Source: Dipteris shenzhenensis (lineage: Eukaryota). Taken from it: a stretch of 64,000 bases of DNA. How positions within the stretch are numbered: the first letter of the stretch is position 1; each line of letters starts with the position of its first letter. The stretch is from assembly GCA_047967505.1 (NCBI GenBank), contig CM106538.1, one strand, 5' to 3'. A model generated the notes under the pieces. It was given only the letters and a program-made list of their open reading frames with translations. It ran no database searches and was not told the DNA's origin. Positions 14,490-28,000 of the stretch are shown piece after piece. Position numbers and translations under genes: made by a program.

Positions 14490-15455
14490 ATGGCAGCACT
14501 TGTTAGCGAGGATGATGATCTTCAACTCCAACAGACAGACGACGACTCTGATGATTCTGATGACAGTCTTGACGAGCCGCAAGAAGTTCTGCAGCAACAG
14601 CCTCGGCCCAACGCGGTTTACAACTCGTCTGCGCTCCACGAAAAGCTTGAAGAGATTGGTTGGCCGGATGGCACTGATTGGATACAGACGCTCACAGTTA
14701 ACTATGATCAGCCTGGGGATATTGATGTGAACGATGACCTTTCTCGAGAGATGGCATTCTATACGCAAGCCTTGGAGGGCACCCGTGACGCTTATGTTAA
14801 GTTGCAGGCAATGGGTATTCCCTTTTTAAGGCCGGAGGATTATTATGCAGAGATGGTTAAGAGCGATACTCACATGCTGAAGGTAAAAGACATGCTTTTG
14901 TCTCAACGCAAACAACTTGAGGAAGTGGAGGAGCGAAGGAAGTCAAGGGAGGCTAAGCGGTTCTCCAAAGAAGTGCAAGCTGAGAAGCTGAAGGAGAGGG
15001 CCCAACAGAAGAAGCAGAATATCGACTCGGTGAAAAAATGGAGAAAGATGAGACAGGATCGGGGTTTCGCCGCAGGAGAGGAGGAGTTTCCCGTCGACTT
15101 TGACGAGCGACGCCCAAGTAACAAGAAAAGAAAGCTGGACGCAACTCCTGGGGGACGGTTTGATGGAAAGACCGGAAGAAAGTTGGATGCAACTCCCGGG
15201 GCACCGTTCGGTGGAAAGGGCAGTAAGGGTTCTGCAGGCAGCAAGAGAAATTCAGCTCCTTGGGACAGGTCCGGGGGAAAAAGTAGCAACAAGGGTGGTA
15301 AAGGTGGAGGATCCAAGAACAGGCGTTTCAGAGATGCAAAGTACGGACATGGTGGTAAGAAGAGCTTAAAGAAGAAGAATACAGCAGAGTCAGCTGGTAT
15401 GTTTGGACACAAGGGAAGATCCGACGGAAGTAGAGGGAAGCAGAAGAAAAGATGA
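14490..15455 (+). CDS. EBP2: rRNA-processing protein EBP2 (EBNA1-binding protein 2 homolog), intronless, 321 aa
   Basis: Intact ORF with Ebp2 family signatures DVNDDLSREMAFYTQAL, GIPFLRPEDYYAEMVKSDTHM, KRFSKEVQAEKLKER and RDAKYGHGGKK...KKNTAES. Acidic N-terminus and basic C-terminus. First ATG at 14490; the track start at 14460 is a GTG. Confidence 0.95.
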   Translation: MAALVSEDDDLQLQQTDDDSDDSDDSLDEPQEVLQQQPRPNAVYNSSALHEKLEEIGWPDGTDWIQTLTVNYDQPGDIDVNDDLSREMAFYTQALEGTRDAYVKLQAMGIPFLRPEDYYAEMVKSDTHMLKVKDMLLSQRKQLEEVEERRKSREAKRFSKEVQAEKLKERAQQKKQNIDSVKKWRKMRQDRGFAAGEEEFPVDFDERRPSNKKRKLDATPGGRFDGKTGRKLDATPGAPFGGKGSKGSAGSKRNSAPWDRSGGKSSNKGGKGGGSKNRRFRDAKYGHGGKKSLKKKNTAESAGMFGHKGRSDGSRGKQKKR

Positions 15456-16599
15456 ATCTTAAGTGGGCTTCTGGCTGGTGGTTAATTTGATTCAACAGCG
15501 CTCAAACTTTGGTTCTCTTCTAACGCAGTCCTCTTGGGCACTGGAGAAATGCTTTGGGCTCTGGAGCTCTCTGCCTCCTGATGCAGTATTTGATTACGTG
15601 GGTTCTGACTGGCGGACGTGGGTTCTGACTGGCGGGTCTGACCGCATGAATTTTTGCTTCTCTTGTAATGCAGTTAGAGGAGTGCTCTGATCTGGTAGCA
15701 GGGTACCTCTCGGCCCGCTGATGCAGTATTTGAAATAGACGTCTTTAAATTTTCAAGTTTGGTTGATCGATGTAGCTTAGAGTTTATATGCTTTGAGATG
15801 ATTCCTACTTCAATAGGTGAAGCTTTAGTACATGTCAGCATACTTATCACAATTCTGCTTGCTAGAGACTGGCTAGTAGTTTACAATAGAATTGTAATTT
15901 GTCTTGATCACTGGCATGATTGGATTTACATCATGACATGTATATAAGCAGCAGGGGTTGAGTAGATTGATAGGTTGAAAAAAGGTTGGGAATGAGTATA
16001 AGCTGATAAGTACCAGAGTACCCAGAGCATTTTTGAATGATTTTTGCTCTCAATGGCTATCTCCATGATTATATGCCCCATCTTTTGGGTTGGACTGGGT
16101 AGGGGATGGGCACATGACATGCACATCACCAGCGCCTACATAACGATCAGCCACTAGTTTAATCTGTAGTGGTTCAGTAGTCAGGATAGAGCGGGCATTT
16201 GCTAGGAACATGTAGAACATGGTTGCATAGGTGTAAAACTACCGGTTAGCTGGCAGTGAAGCAACTTCCAAGACTATTAAGTTACAGAACAAGAAACTCT
16301 ATTTTTGAGTACAGAAATGTGGAGGCAGGACCATGCAATCGATTTTGAAGTTTGCAAATGACTCTTACTACAGTGACCTGAACTGAAAGCCCTAGTTTAG
16401 GATTCATTGCACAGGTGTGTGGCATTAGAGCTATCTCAGCCTTGTAAATGCATGAAAACACAGCTACAAATCTAATGAAAGCTCTTTGACCATAACAGGA
16501 TTGCTTTGTATACCCATGTTTAACTGATCAGGAGGTGTTCTAACATATCTGCGTGAAGCTTGATACAATGAGAAGAGGACACGTGCTTGGGTTGCAATT

Positions 16600-16800
16600 G
16601 TTATAGAGGGGGAAAATAAGGTAACGTAAGGGGGGTCAGCTGTTATAGAGGGGGAAAAGAAGGTAACGTAAGGGGGGTCAGCTCTATTATGATAGGGGGT
16701 GTTGGGAAGTAAAAGGGTTAAAAGGGGTGGAGTGGGGGTCAGCTCTAATATGATAGGGGGTGTTGGGAAGTAAGAGGGTTAAAAGGGGTGGAGTGGGGGC
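16600..16800. repeat. Two adjacent short tandem duplications (~42 bp x2 and ~61 bp x2), G-rich
   Basis: ttatagagggggaaaa.aaggtaacgtaaggggggtcagct occurs twice, then ggtcagctcta.tatgatagggggtgttgggaagtaa.agggttaaaaggggtggagtgggg occurs twice. Confidence 0.85.
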
Positions 16801-18949
16801 ACCATGTTTCTTCGGGCATAAGAGGGCTGGAACAGTGAAATTGTTTACTATTTACTTGTCCCTGATAACAGCTTGCTGCTGTAGGCTCTAGCCTCTCTCC
16901 TTTACCTTGGCTTACTTTATAGGTAGGGTCTCAAGCTTTAGCAATTGGAAGATGCCCCACATCCAAGTTGAGTCTTGGACTCATGTCACGATATTGAGCT
17001 TATAGGCACTTCTGGAGTGAGAGAATGAGTTTGGTGGCAGTGCTCTATGACGTATGTATTAAAGAACATTTGGGTTCCCATGCAGGCTATGGTGTTGATG
17101 TGTGCACGAATGCACCTCCTCATGTTGTACAGACATGGTGTCCTAGCAGATAGTTCTAGAGATGTCACTCATGTTTCTCCCAAGAGACGTTGAAAGGGCA
17201 CACCTGTCTTTGAGCATGACGAGGAGGATGGAACTCAAGGTCACATTGTGCATGCAAAGTGGAGGTGGACCTCCTGGGCTCAAGGGAGCATGGAAAGCAG
17301 CCTTTGAGGAAGGCAGCCCATGCGAAGATTCACCAGAGATTTGTGAGATATAATCTCTATATTTTTGTGTTCAAATGTGGACATAGCATTGTCCTCAATG
17401 CTCCCTTCTCCCATACCCGTATCTCCATCCTTTGGATGTGAGGTCACCCAGTCAGCCAACCACTTGGCTCATTTATGGCTGGTTGGCTCAGCCCTACCAG
17501 CCCCACAAGCCCCCTTTTAAGGGGGGGCCTGCTGCCCTCATTTCTCATCCAGCTCCTCAGCATTTCAGCCTCCAGTCTTCAGCCCGCTGTGGCTCTAGCC
17601 CTTCCAAAAATCCCCTGCAAGACAGCCATCAGTTCATCAGCAGTCCCTAAGGGTGATCCAGGAAGCTGTCCACGCAGCACCATAGCCAGCTCGGAGTAGA
17701 GGTTTGGGATTCCTGTTTCAGCAGCTTTCTTTTACAGTTCTTAGCTCTTTTCATAGTTCTTTCACAGTTCTCTCTCTCCGCTTGCTCGCTCCTCCCCGCT
17801 TGCTCGCTGCTCCTCCCCGCTTGCTTGCCACTCCTCCCCGCCTCTGGTCGCTGCTCCTCCCCTGCTTCTGCCCGCTCTGCCCCACCCCGCCTGCTGCTGT
17901 TGCCCGCCTGCAGCTCCTGCCCTCCTAACTCCCCGCAGCTCCTCCTCTAGCCGGCTGATCCGTCCTCCCGTTGCCTCCTCCGCCCATGCAGCACCACCCT
18001 CCCACTTGGCCTCTCCCGCCTACCCTCGCCTAGGCTCGCCACTCCCAACCTCCTCTGCCTACCCTTAGCTAGCCTCGCCATTTCTCAGCCCTCCCCACCT
18101 ACCCTCAGCCTAACCCGCCTACCCTCAGCCTACCTCCACCTAGCCTTCCCACCCCTCAGCCCCCCCCCCCCCCGCCCGATTCTGCTCTCCCGCTTCCCAC
18201 CTTTTTTCAGCCCCCTGGGGATACCTCCCGTCATGGGGGGGCCGCTGCTCATGCTCCCGCTCCCGCTCTTGCACTAAGACCTGCACCGAACACGGGTCAG
18301 GCAAACGAAATGGGGAAAGGTGGCAAAGATACGAATAAAGCTGCCAAGAAAGATGACAACAAAGCCAAGAAACAAACACAGCTGAAACTCGAGGATGTGA
18401 ACACACGCTACAACCGCAGTGGACTCGGAGTCGATAGCAAAGCAAAGGCGGGGTCCACCTCTGCCTCAGCTTTAGCTTCAGTTTCAGCTTCGGTCTCTGC
18501 TACATCCTCATCCTCAGCTTCAGCGCCAGCCTCAGCGTCAGCTCCAGTTCTAGTTTCAGCTCCACTTCCGTTCACAGCCTCTATAGTTACAGCTAGTGGC
18601 TCTGATATACCCCTACCCATGACATCAATTGCTCCACCCTCCCCTAAGATATGAGGGGTTGTCACTGGCACCATCTCTTCCATCTCTCCCTTCTTCTCCT
18701 GCTACAGTTCTCTCTCCGATTATGACACCTACTTTGGAGGGTTCATACACTGTTCCGCACTACTAAACCTTTTTCTCCCCTCTACCTCTCAGTTAGTCCA
18801 CGTACCCACACCTTGTTGGGATCGCCTCCTCTAGGCCACTATCATCTCCATACCGCACCCATCTCACCCAGCCTCCAGTCTCATCCTCACACTTTCATGC
18901 TACAGTCCTTTCAGTTTTCGCTAGAGCACGGATGAGTTGACCGATCAGA

Positions 18950-20200
18950 GGCTTGGGAGAACTTGCTGATGGAGGTTCATAGCTCTACAGCCTTGAGTCT
19001 ATGCTCAAATTTCTCTTAGCATTCTTAAACCAAATTTTGAGCGTCTATTATGTGTTGCTTTTCCAAGGTTGGGTCTGGATAGGTTCCCTTATACGGAGGT
19101 GGGGATGTGAGGCCTTCAGACCGCACTGGCTGGTTTACATCCGGGTATGGAGATCTCTCTACTCCACTAAGATGGCCCCCAAAAATGTTAATCTGTAAAG
19201 GATTGCGACTCCTCCTGACCCTCAAACCCCTCCTGTATCCCTCGTCTCATCTTTGTAAATAGACTCCCATGTATACCCGCTGACTATTGGTAGTGGACGC
19301 TTTGGACTCTGATGTGTCTCTGTATAAAAGACTGTCATGACCTGTATAGGATTCCGAGAAGTTCCCTGGTTCTGACCATAAGATACCATTACAGTTCCAG
19401 ATGGTGCAAGATAGGGTCTCGGATGTTTGAGTCTCATAGATCCTGCCTCCCTATGCGGGAGGAGAGGTGGGCGCCCGATGGGGGCCTGTAAGGAGTTGTC
19501 CATCTCATACTATTGCCCACTTCCCCTCCTTGCAGGCCTGATCTCGCTGCTGCAACATCATCCATGGAGATCGCTAGTTGGTCTCGTAAGGTTGACCTAC
19601 GATGTAAAGTCGAAAGTCGTGCCTGGGCATCATGAAATCGTATAATAAGGGGCTACTCTTGATTGGGGTCCCTCCCAACCCGCCATGCTCTCTCGATCCT
19701 GTGCTCAGTCGCCCCTAGAGCAATGGCCACAAAGGCCGTCACATCTGCCATCGGTGTGGGATCCCACGTACTCTGATGTTGAGAGCCTTGCTGGCACTCT
19801 GCTGCTGCTCCAGGAGGGTAGCCGAAACAGTTACCCTTACAGCTTCCTGTTTAGCTACATCGACTCATCTAGACGTCTCCTCGATGGCAAATTGCATGCT
19901 CGCAATCTGTGCCTCCACAATTGCGATGCTCCATGGGACTGTACGTATAGCAGTGGCCTCCTTCCGGGGCTGCAAGATCTCCTGTCTGAGCCCCTGAATA
20001 AGATTAGCCTAGTCTCGGATAGCCTAAGACTGCTCCTGTATGAGACGCCCCTGCTCCTGGATGAAGCGTGTCTACTCCTATGCGAAACATGACAGCTCCC
20101 TCTCGCACTCTCGGATGGGTCGGAGGACCATCCACCCAGACCATCTGACCACTCATAGAGGGGCAAAGGCACTTAGGGTGCCAAAGAGGGTGGAAGAAGA
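18950..20200 (-). mobile_element. LINE 5' fragment (ORF1 C-terminus + APE endonuclease N-terminus), same family as 2600-5321
   Basis: The minus strand reads TIWNCNGILWSEPGNFSESY...FYTETHQSPKRPLP..SGYTWES...GSGGVAIL (19200-19405), matching the WNCNGTLWSDPRGFSETY motif at ~4250. Upstream is a coiled coil with KALNIRVRGIP. Confidence 0.75.
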
Positions 20201-20299
20201 GGAACAATCCAGCTCCGGTAAATTAAAGGCTCCAAATTTGATGCAACAAATGACCCAGTACTATAGAATCTACAAGAGGAAAGAGACATTTACGGTCTC

Positions 20300-23200
20300 A
20301 AGGATCTACTAGTAGTAGGTAGGGAGACCTCTTTGGAACCATGTGATAGCGTCAGGTTAGTAGTCTTCCTCTCCACCGAGGTTAAGATGCAAATCGTATC
20401 CCTGTTAAGAGGGAATCCTACCCTCTGGTAAGACCTCTCAAACTAGATGAATGGGCAATTCTTGCCCCCAGGACCTACCAGCCTCGAAGTGGACCAACCG
20501 TAGGAGGAAAGCCAGAACCTACCCAAGGTCCCCATCAATAAGTTAGTCCAATACTTTGAAGGTGATGATACTAATGCAGCTATCTCCATAACCTACTAGA
20601 ACCAAAAATTTGATGCAGCTATCTCCATAACCTACTAATGCAGCTATCCCCAAACCTACTAGAACCAAAAGTTTGATAACATCCTGGATGGGGGAGCGGG
20701 TGTGAGTATCTACACCAAGGAACGCTCGGAGAGGTGGGGAAAACCTTCTTTCGAGCAAACCCACCTGGTAGTGAAGTTAGCCGATGGCAGAACTGCTGAA
20801 CCCTGGGAGTCCTCAAGGGTATTAACATTAAGGTATTCGGCTTCACGTACCCTGCTAGAGTTGTAGTCATGGACTTTACCCCAACATCCTAGATATGAAG
20901 ACATCCTAGGTAGGCTTTTCTTGCTAATGTCTAGACTTGTACATGATTGGCGCACTTACAACATCTATTTATAGCATGAATAGAAAATTGTGCAAGTGGA
21001 CTTGCGAACCTACAAGACCCATCCACTATCAAGACAACTATTTGTTGCAAAATCTGACACAACCGACAGGACTACAACCCTAAAACTATTCCAAACCTAT
21101 GGGAAAGCAGATGATGTGAGAAGAAGGCAGATGAATTTTGGTATTCCCCTCTCCCCGAGCCAGATTTCTCTTAGAATTGGATGCACATATTGGCATACAT
21201 TGACGCTCGAGAGAGAATAGGGTTCCAATTAACAACCCCCAAGCACGAAGGGTTGAGCATGGTGGTTCCCCTCAGAATGTTTAACATGCTCAAACCCCGC
21301 GAGGTGAGCAAGGGGACAGTAAGGGTCAAATTCGACCTCCATTAGCAAACATATGTGGGAGCCTCTACCCCTCACTATGAGCTCTCCTCCAATTGGAGAG
21401 CAAAGCCACCTCCCTAGTCAGCTCCATAAGTGCTCTGAAGGAGCTCCCCTCAAGTCTGAAGCTCTCAACCTCCAAAATCCCGAAGGCTCTCGCCAGGCCC
21501 AAGAGGAATACCCATGAAAGGGGAGTGGAGGAGGAGGACAAAGAGAAGGAGGATCTATGACAGAAGGTACCTGCCCATTACATGGCCTACACGATCGAGG
21601 ATCTCAAGATGTTATACCAGCAGGCCAAGAGAATGTAGGAAGAAGGGTGCTTCCAAGGATACGACGGCCCAGCTAAGGTTAAGGAGGTAAACCTAGTGCC
21701 AGAAGGGGAGGACCCCCAACCAGTATTCATCGCAGATGACCTCACCCCCAAGGAGGAGAATGCTTTAATTGCTCCCCTTTGAGAGTACAAGGAAGAAATA
21801 CACAGATATGAAGGGTGTGCTTGTTGAAGTCGTGCAGCATACGATACCCATGCTAGATGATGTCAGGCCAGTGCGTCAGTGTCCCTATCCTATGAATCCC
21901 AAATATGCACTCATAGTGAGAGAGGAGATCCAAAAACTCATAGATGCAAGATTCATCTATGAGATAGAGCATATGGACTGGGTGTCACCCATCATGATAG
22001 TTCTAAAGAAGAATGGGAAGATTCGAGTTTGCATGGATCTGAAAAAAGTCAATGGTGCCACTAGGTGCGACCACTATCCCTTGCCTTTCACAGAACATGT
22101 TCTGAAAGAGTAGCCAGAAAGAAGGCATATAGATTCCTAGATGGATTCTCGAGATACAATCAGGTGTCCACCTTGCAGGATCAACATAAAACTTCCTTCG
22201 CAATTGAGTGAGGTGTGTATGCAGTGAAAGTATTGATATTTGGGCTTACCAATGCGCTCGCCACATTCCAATGGTTGATGATCACTGTCTTCAAGGAGTA
22301 CCTAAGGAACTTCATGGAAGTCTTCTTGGATGACGTGTGTGTGAACTCAACATGGGATGATCACCTGAGATACTTGAAACTGGTTGTGGAAAGGTGTAGG
22401 TTGTACCATCTATCCCAGAATCCCCTTGAGTGCCAATTTCGGGTCAAACACAGTGTGATTCTCGGACACATAGTGTCCAAAAATGGTATCTCCATGGATT
22501 ACAACAAGATCAACCTCATTTTGGAATTACCTCCCCCCACAAATGCCAAGGGCGTGAAGCGGTTTACAAGCCATATGGGCTACTATCGAATGATCATTCT
22601 GTTCTACGCATACATAGCCCGGCCATTGTACAAATGCCAAGGGCGTGAAGCGGTTTACAAGCCATATGGGCTACTATCGAATGATCATTCTGTTCTACGC
22701 ATACATAGCCCGGCCATATGGGCTACTATCGAATGATCATTCTGTTCTACGCATACATACAAGCTGTTAGTAGTCTCTGAGTGGACCAAGGAATGTTAAA
22801 AATTATTTAAAAACCTCAAGCTAGCTCTAGCCACATCATCGGTATTACGGGCCTTGGACTGGAATCTAATATTCCACGTTCACATAGATGCCTCCCATTT
22901 TCCTATCAGGTGTGTGTTAGCCCGACCAGAGGAGTATAACTTGGACTACCCAAGCATCACTAGTTGGCAATTAACAATGCCGAGGTCGATTACATGACAA
23001 TAGAGAGGGAAGGCCTAGCCATGGTCTACGCAGTTAATAAGTTTAGGCATTACTTTTAGCCAACAAGTTCGCCTTTTTTGTGGATCATCAAGCATTATTG
23101 TATTTTGGTTAACAAGACCTGCATGATGGCATGCATCACAATGTGGATGCTAATCCTTATAGAGTTCAACTTCATAGTCACAGTGCGTAACGGAAAGACC

Positions 23201-25080
23201 CACGTCCTAGCCAACCACCTATCAAGCATTCCCAATGGGGAAGCTCCGATGGGAGTCGAGGATGGTATCCCATATGCTTCCCTATTCCTCATTGGCATAA
23301 TTCTTGAATGGGCAGCCAAAATAGGCCACTATTCTAGATAAAGCCTTCAAGAGGGATAGAGCCCGCAAACCCTCCGGAAACTCATCAAGGATGCAGTGCC
23401 ATATCAGTTGATTGCAGGCCAGCTATACTGCATGGACAAGAATGGCATCATGCACAGATGCATGTGCAAGCATGAACACATCGACGTGCTCAAAGAGGCA
23501 CACTCCGAGATAGCAAGTGGTTATGGCACGTAAAGTGTTGCATGCTGGCCTTTGGTGGCTGACTCTCTTCGAAGATGCAATTGAGTTTATCAAGCGATGA
23601 GACCCCTGCCAATGAGTGCAGATCCCACATAAAGTGGACATGATGCCCTAAACAGGAATATTAACTGATTAGCCCTTTGAGAAATGGGGCATAGAATTTA
23701 TTGGACCGATAAGCCCAGTGGCTAAGGGCACAGGGGCTAGATACATTATCTTTGCCCACAGATTCCGATGTGTGATCCACTGCCAAGTTTTTATATGAGC
23801 AAGTCATCACATGGTCTGGGTGTCCCTTAGAATTGGTCAGTGACCGAGGAACTCATTTCCTGAATGAAACTATGGCAATCCTAACTAGTGACTTCATGAC
23901 CATACATAGAAAGTCGATGCCGTACTACCGAGATACTACCCCAAGGCAAACGACCTGGTTGAGAGCTTGAACAAAACGTTCTACAAGATTATAACATGCA
24001 CTGTGAAGCCACTCATACCGATTGGGAGCATACCGATTGGGAGCACAAGCTCATCGTAGCCTTGTGGGCCTACTGAACATCTTATAAAGTGGCCATAAAC
24101 TGCACCCCCTTTAGCCTAGCCTTTGAGGTGGAAGAAGTTATGCCAATGGAATATGTAGTGTTTGGCCTTCACAATACAGTCAGGGAAAGGCTCACTGAGA
24201 ATGCCTTGGCAAAGTGCTTAATTGATCTTGAATGGCTAGACGAGACAAGATTGCGTGCAGCCTATTGCCTCTAGGTGGAGAAGGCACGGTGCAAAAAATG
24301 GTTCGACCGCAACCTCAAAAACAAGGACCTCGAGGAACGAGATCCCACACTCCTCTATAGTGTCTACAATGCCAAACATAAGCTTAAATACAAGGGCATG
24401 GGTCCCTAGCACGTGGTGGATATTACTCTGCAAGGGGCATGCTGAATAGCCACCCTGGATGGAGTAGAAATGGATGACTACCTCAACAGGAGTAAATTGA
24501 AAAGATACTACCTTTGCAGACCCTCCAAGCCATCCATAGGGAAAAGGAGCTTAAGGCCGAGGTGGCCCGAATGAAACGTTAGGCCATCGAAGAAGCCAAG
24601 GCATGTAATGCCAAGATCAAACAACGTAAGCAAATGGCCTTGCTTAAGGCAACACTTGAACATCCAAGACTGATTGATGAACTAACAGTAGATCCAGCTA
24701 GATTGAATGCCCAATTGTAGGGTTCGAGGTTATGCATCCAAGCATTCGTGGATCTGGGAGCGAGTCATAACTTCTTCTCCTGCGAAGTATGGGAAATGCT
24801 GCAGGTACCCCTAAACCATACTGTGGCTTCAGTCCGTGCCATCAACTGCCAACTCTTAAGCACATTAGGGTATGTGGACTTGAAACTAATGGTTGTTTGC
24901 TACTAGGAAGTAGAGATTAATTTTTATGTTCTCCCCATAGAGGCAACCAATGAACAGATGATATGGGGAAGGACCTAGTGCTATGCCATGAATTGCCAAA
25001 TCAATTGGAGGGCTAGAACAACATCTCTCACAAATGGGGGCATTACTACAGTAATTCCACTTTGTGAACTTCATCCCGCC
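20300..25080 (+). mobile_element. Degenerate Ty3/Gypsy pol region (PR-RT-RNaseH-IN) plus a second protease-like segment
   Basis: Protease ILDGGAGVS (20681) ... ILGRLF (20903). RT WVSPIMIVLKKNGKIRVCMD, FGLTNALATFQ, FLDDVCV (21769-22736). RNase H FHVHIDAS, IEREGLAMVYAVNKFRHY. Integrase GLWWLTL, FEKWGI, LVSDRGTHF. Numerous stops and frameshifts. Confidence 0.9.
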
Positions 25081-28000
25081 TCCCCCACAGTACCAACACC
25101 CACTCGAGGCAAGGGAATTTAAATTGAAGGTGATTCCAAGTCCACATCAACCTCCAACAATCTTGGTCACGACCCTAGGAAGGAAGTCTAGATACGGATA
25201 GTACAAAGTACACATTGACAGCAGAGTCACACCGCAAGCTACTCTACCATCTCTACCGCCCACCCAAAAATGCCATGATCAATAGGTGCAAGAAGCTATT
25301 CTTTGTGCTCAACATCATTTCAATAGTAGTCGACATCCAAAAGGACCAACGTAGGAAAAGGTTCTCTGGTCCCCTCTTGGCCTACACAGATACGGGCAAC
25401 CCCATTTGAGAGACCAGCTCGACACTGCTAATCGCCTCGATTGCTAGGGTCGAATCCGCCACTCCAAGCACTATGAGTGCATCAACTGCAATGTGTCAAA
25501 GTTGTCCCTCAACATAAAATAGCATCTGTGTGCTAAACGTCCCTCAATAAAGCATCCCACAAGGCAATCTGGGCCTATCAGTGCATCCAACAAGGATCGC
25601 AATGCATCCAAATGGCCTATAAAGCATCCACTGCAACCCAATGCAAACCACGAGTGAGTGCACATGGCTTAGACTACAACTAGAGTGATCTGCATAAGGT
25701 ATATCCAAAAAATCACGGCCCCACGATAATGACCGATAGTGAAAATGAAACCTGGGATGCCTCAAAACATGGGCATCAGTGCATAATCGGACTCAGCAAG
25801 ACAATCTGAGTAGCTAGTTACTCAGTGTCTCTCTAATCGGACTCAGCAAGACAATGTGCAAATATCTCTCTTCTATTGAAACTCCAAATTCTCATCGGAG
25901 GATGGAGTAAGAGCCAGTCAATGCTTGCATTTGCTTGCAAAAATGAACCTTAAGCAGATTAAAACATAAGGGGTAGCCTTATCTGCCACATGGCAATCAC
26001 TGAGAAGGTCTTGGAACCTTTGAGAAATTTCTTGCAAAGAGACGACGGAAAACACAGAGAATCACAACTCCCAGCCCAGGGCTATTACCATGGCAAGCAG
26101 GCTGCTTGGGTCTAGAAACTACCAATGGCACCAAATACGCAAACCCAACTCGCTGAGGTTCAAAAGGTAGTAACACAAGAACCTGTGTCAACCTTAGATG
26201 CAATTCCACAAGAAGCTACCCTCAATCCCATTGCAATGGACAGGACCCCAAGCCCCTAGTGTGCCATGATTCCATGAATAGTGCAACTCAATGAGAAGGT
26301 CAGCTAGGTCATCAAGAAATCAACATAAGAACTGACCCCTAGAAAGGGTGTAGTTACACAAGAACCTTACTCTAGGTCCGTGCGCATGCCATCAAAGGAT
26401 GTCTTACTCACTAGAGCACCTGTAATGCTACCCAAGCATAACCTGCCTACTACAACAAGGGTCATGGTACCATAAGGACCTATTTCCACACAGATTACAA
26501 CCACACAAGAACCCGTGTATCCTACCTCAAAAGAGTTCCATCTAAGTGAACGCCACCGTGCCAATACACCCCTGACAACCAGGATGAGGCACAAATTATA
26601 CACATGCTCTACTTGGTTGATGACATGGTCTACGGCCACTCAACATTCGTCTCCATTCCACATAATCATCAAGTCCAGGTCTAGGCGAGTCTATATGGTA
26701 GGCATATCACCACCATGCACCAACAGCTCAGAAGTCCCTGGTATGCCAATGCACCCACTCACATTCACGGTCAGCAGTAGATGAATATGGCTAGTACCTC
26801 TTTTGTGCATTATTTTCATGTTTTGCATCCTTGCACACTGACCTCACAAGTCCACGTGACACCTAGTCCATTCACCTCATGTTGTCCAGATGGAGCTCCA
26901 GTGACTGGATGTGATGGCTCACTTCCCACAAGTGGCACAAATGATTTTGAAAAGGAGGCAAGAACATGCCTTCCAGCTATCCTCCACTCTCCTCCAGGCA
27001 CAACTCAATGCGTGTTAACCATATGCTGATGGTTGTCGCCCAAGCTACATAAAAAACCACCCTTGCTAGAGTGGAGGAGTGATGAACCAAGGTTGAAGAG
27101 CTGGAAGTCTCCATCACCAAGCTCAAGGATGAGCTTGCCAGTGAATCCTTGGTCCAAACCCTCATGGACTAGTTGGACAAGGTAGAATCTAGCCTTCGCA
27201 CTGTAGAAGAACATAGGGCGCAAGCCGAGGAGTAGCAAGCTAGACTCAATGAGGGATCCGATAAGTAGATCCAAACCCTCCAAGATCTCTTGGCATAGGA
27301 GTGTGCCCTCACCGTCACCATGCAAGCAAAAAATGAGTGCCTGTGTACCTCTCACCACCCAAAGGAATCCACATTGAAAGATAGGGAGCAACAAGAGTTC
27401 TAGATGTATCGAGAGGTCTCCGCGAAACTCGCCACATACACTCTCGCCCCATGCACAAACCCCTAAACACTATAAATGCACTTCGATGTACTCCGTGCAC
27501 AAAACCTCATTCTTCCATATAGACCTCACCACCCCCCTTTCTCCCAACTCACTCCAAATAATTCTATGCCGCAATCTCGACCATTGCCGTACCATCCTCG
27601 CCATGCCATATTTCTTGCTCGACCGCCAGCCTCTCCCTCTAACCTTCAGACCCTTGCTGCCCACCCCATCTTGCTCAACTTCCTTCATGGTGCCAAGTCA
27701 TCACCGAGTCCACCAATTATCCACATGACAATGATGTGATGCAACTAGCCAAGCCCGATGAACTCAGCCCATGGGTTTGCACTCTCGGCGGCCTCCAAAC
27801 TGATATCAACTAAGTGCAGACCTACGGCCGGGCCTCAACTATCCAAACACAAGGGCACCTAGTTGCATACTACTCTAGCGCCTACCATCCCCTTGACATA
27901 ATCATTCTCTATATCCAGGTGCTACAAGCTCTCCAAGAGTCTCTCAAGTCCTTGGTCAACAATTTTGAAACAATCCATGTAGCATACGCTGAAGAGGTTG

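Noticed and set aside
14424-15412. Minus-strand ORFs overlapping EBP2
   Set aside because: Antisense shadows of a well-supported gene.
18310-18654. 114-aa Lys/Ser/Ala-rich ORF as a host gene
   Set aside because: Low complexity, no recognisable domain, and embedded among retroelement debris. It may be a transposon ORF start but this cannot be supported.
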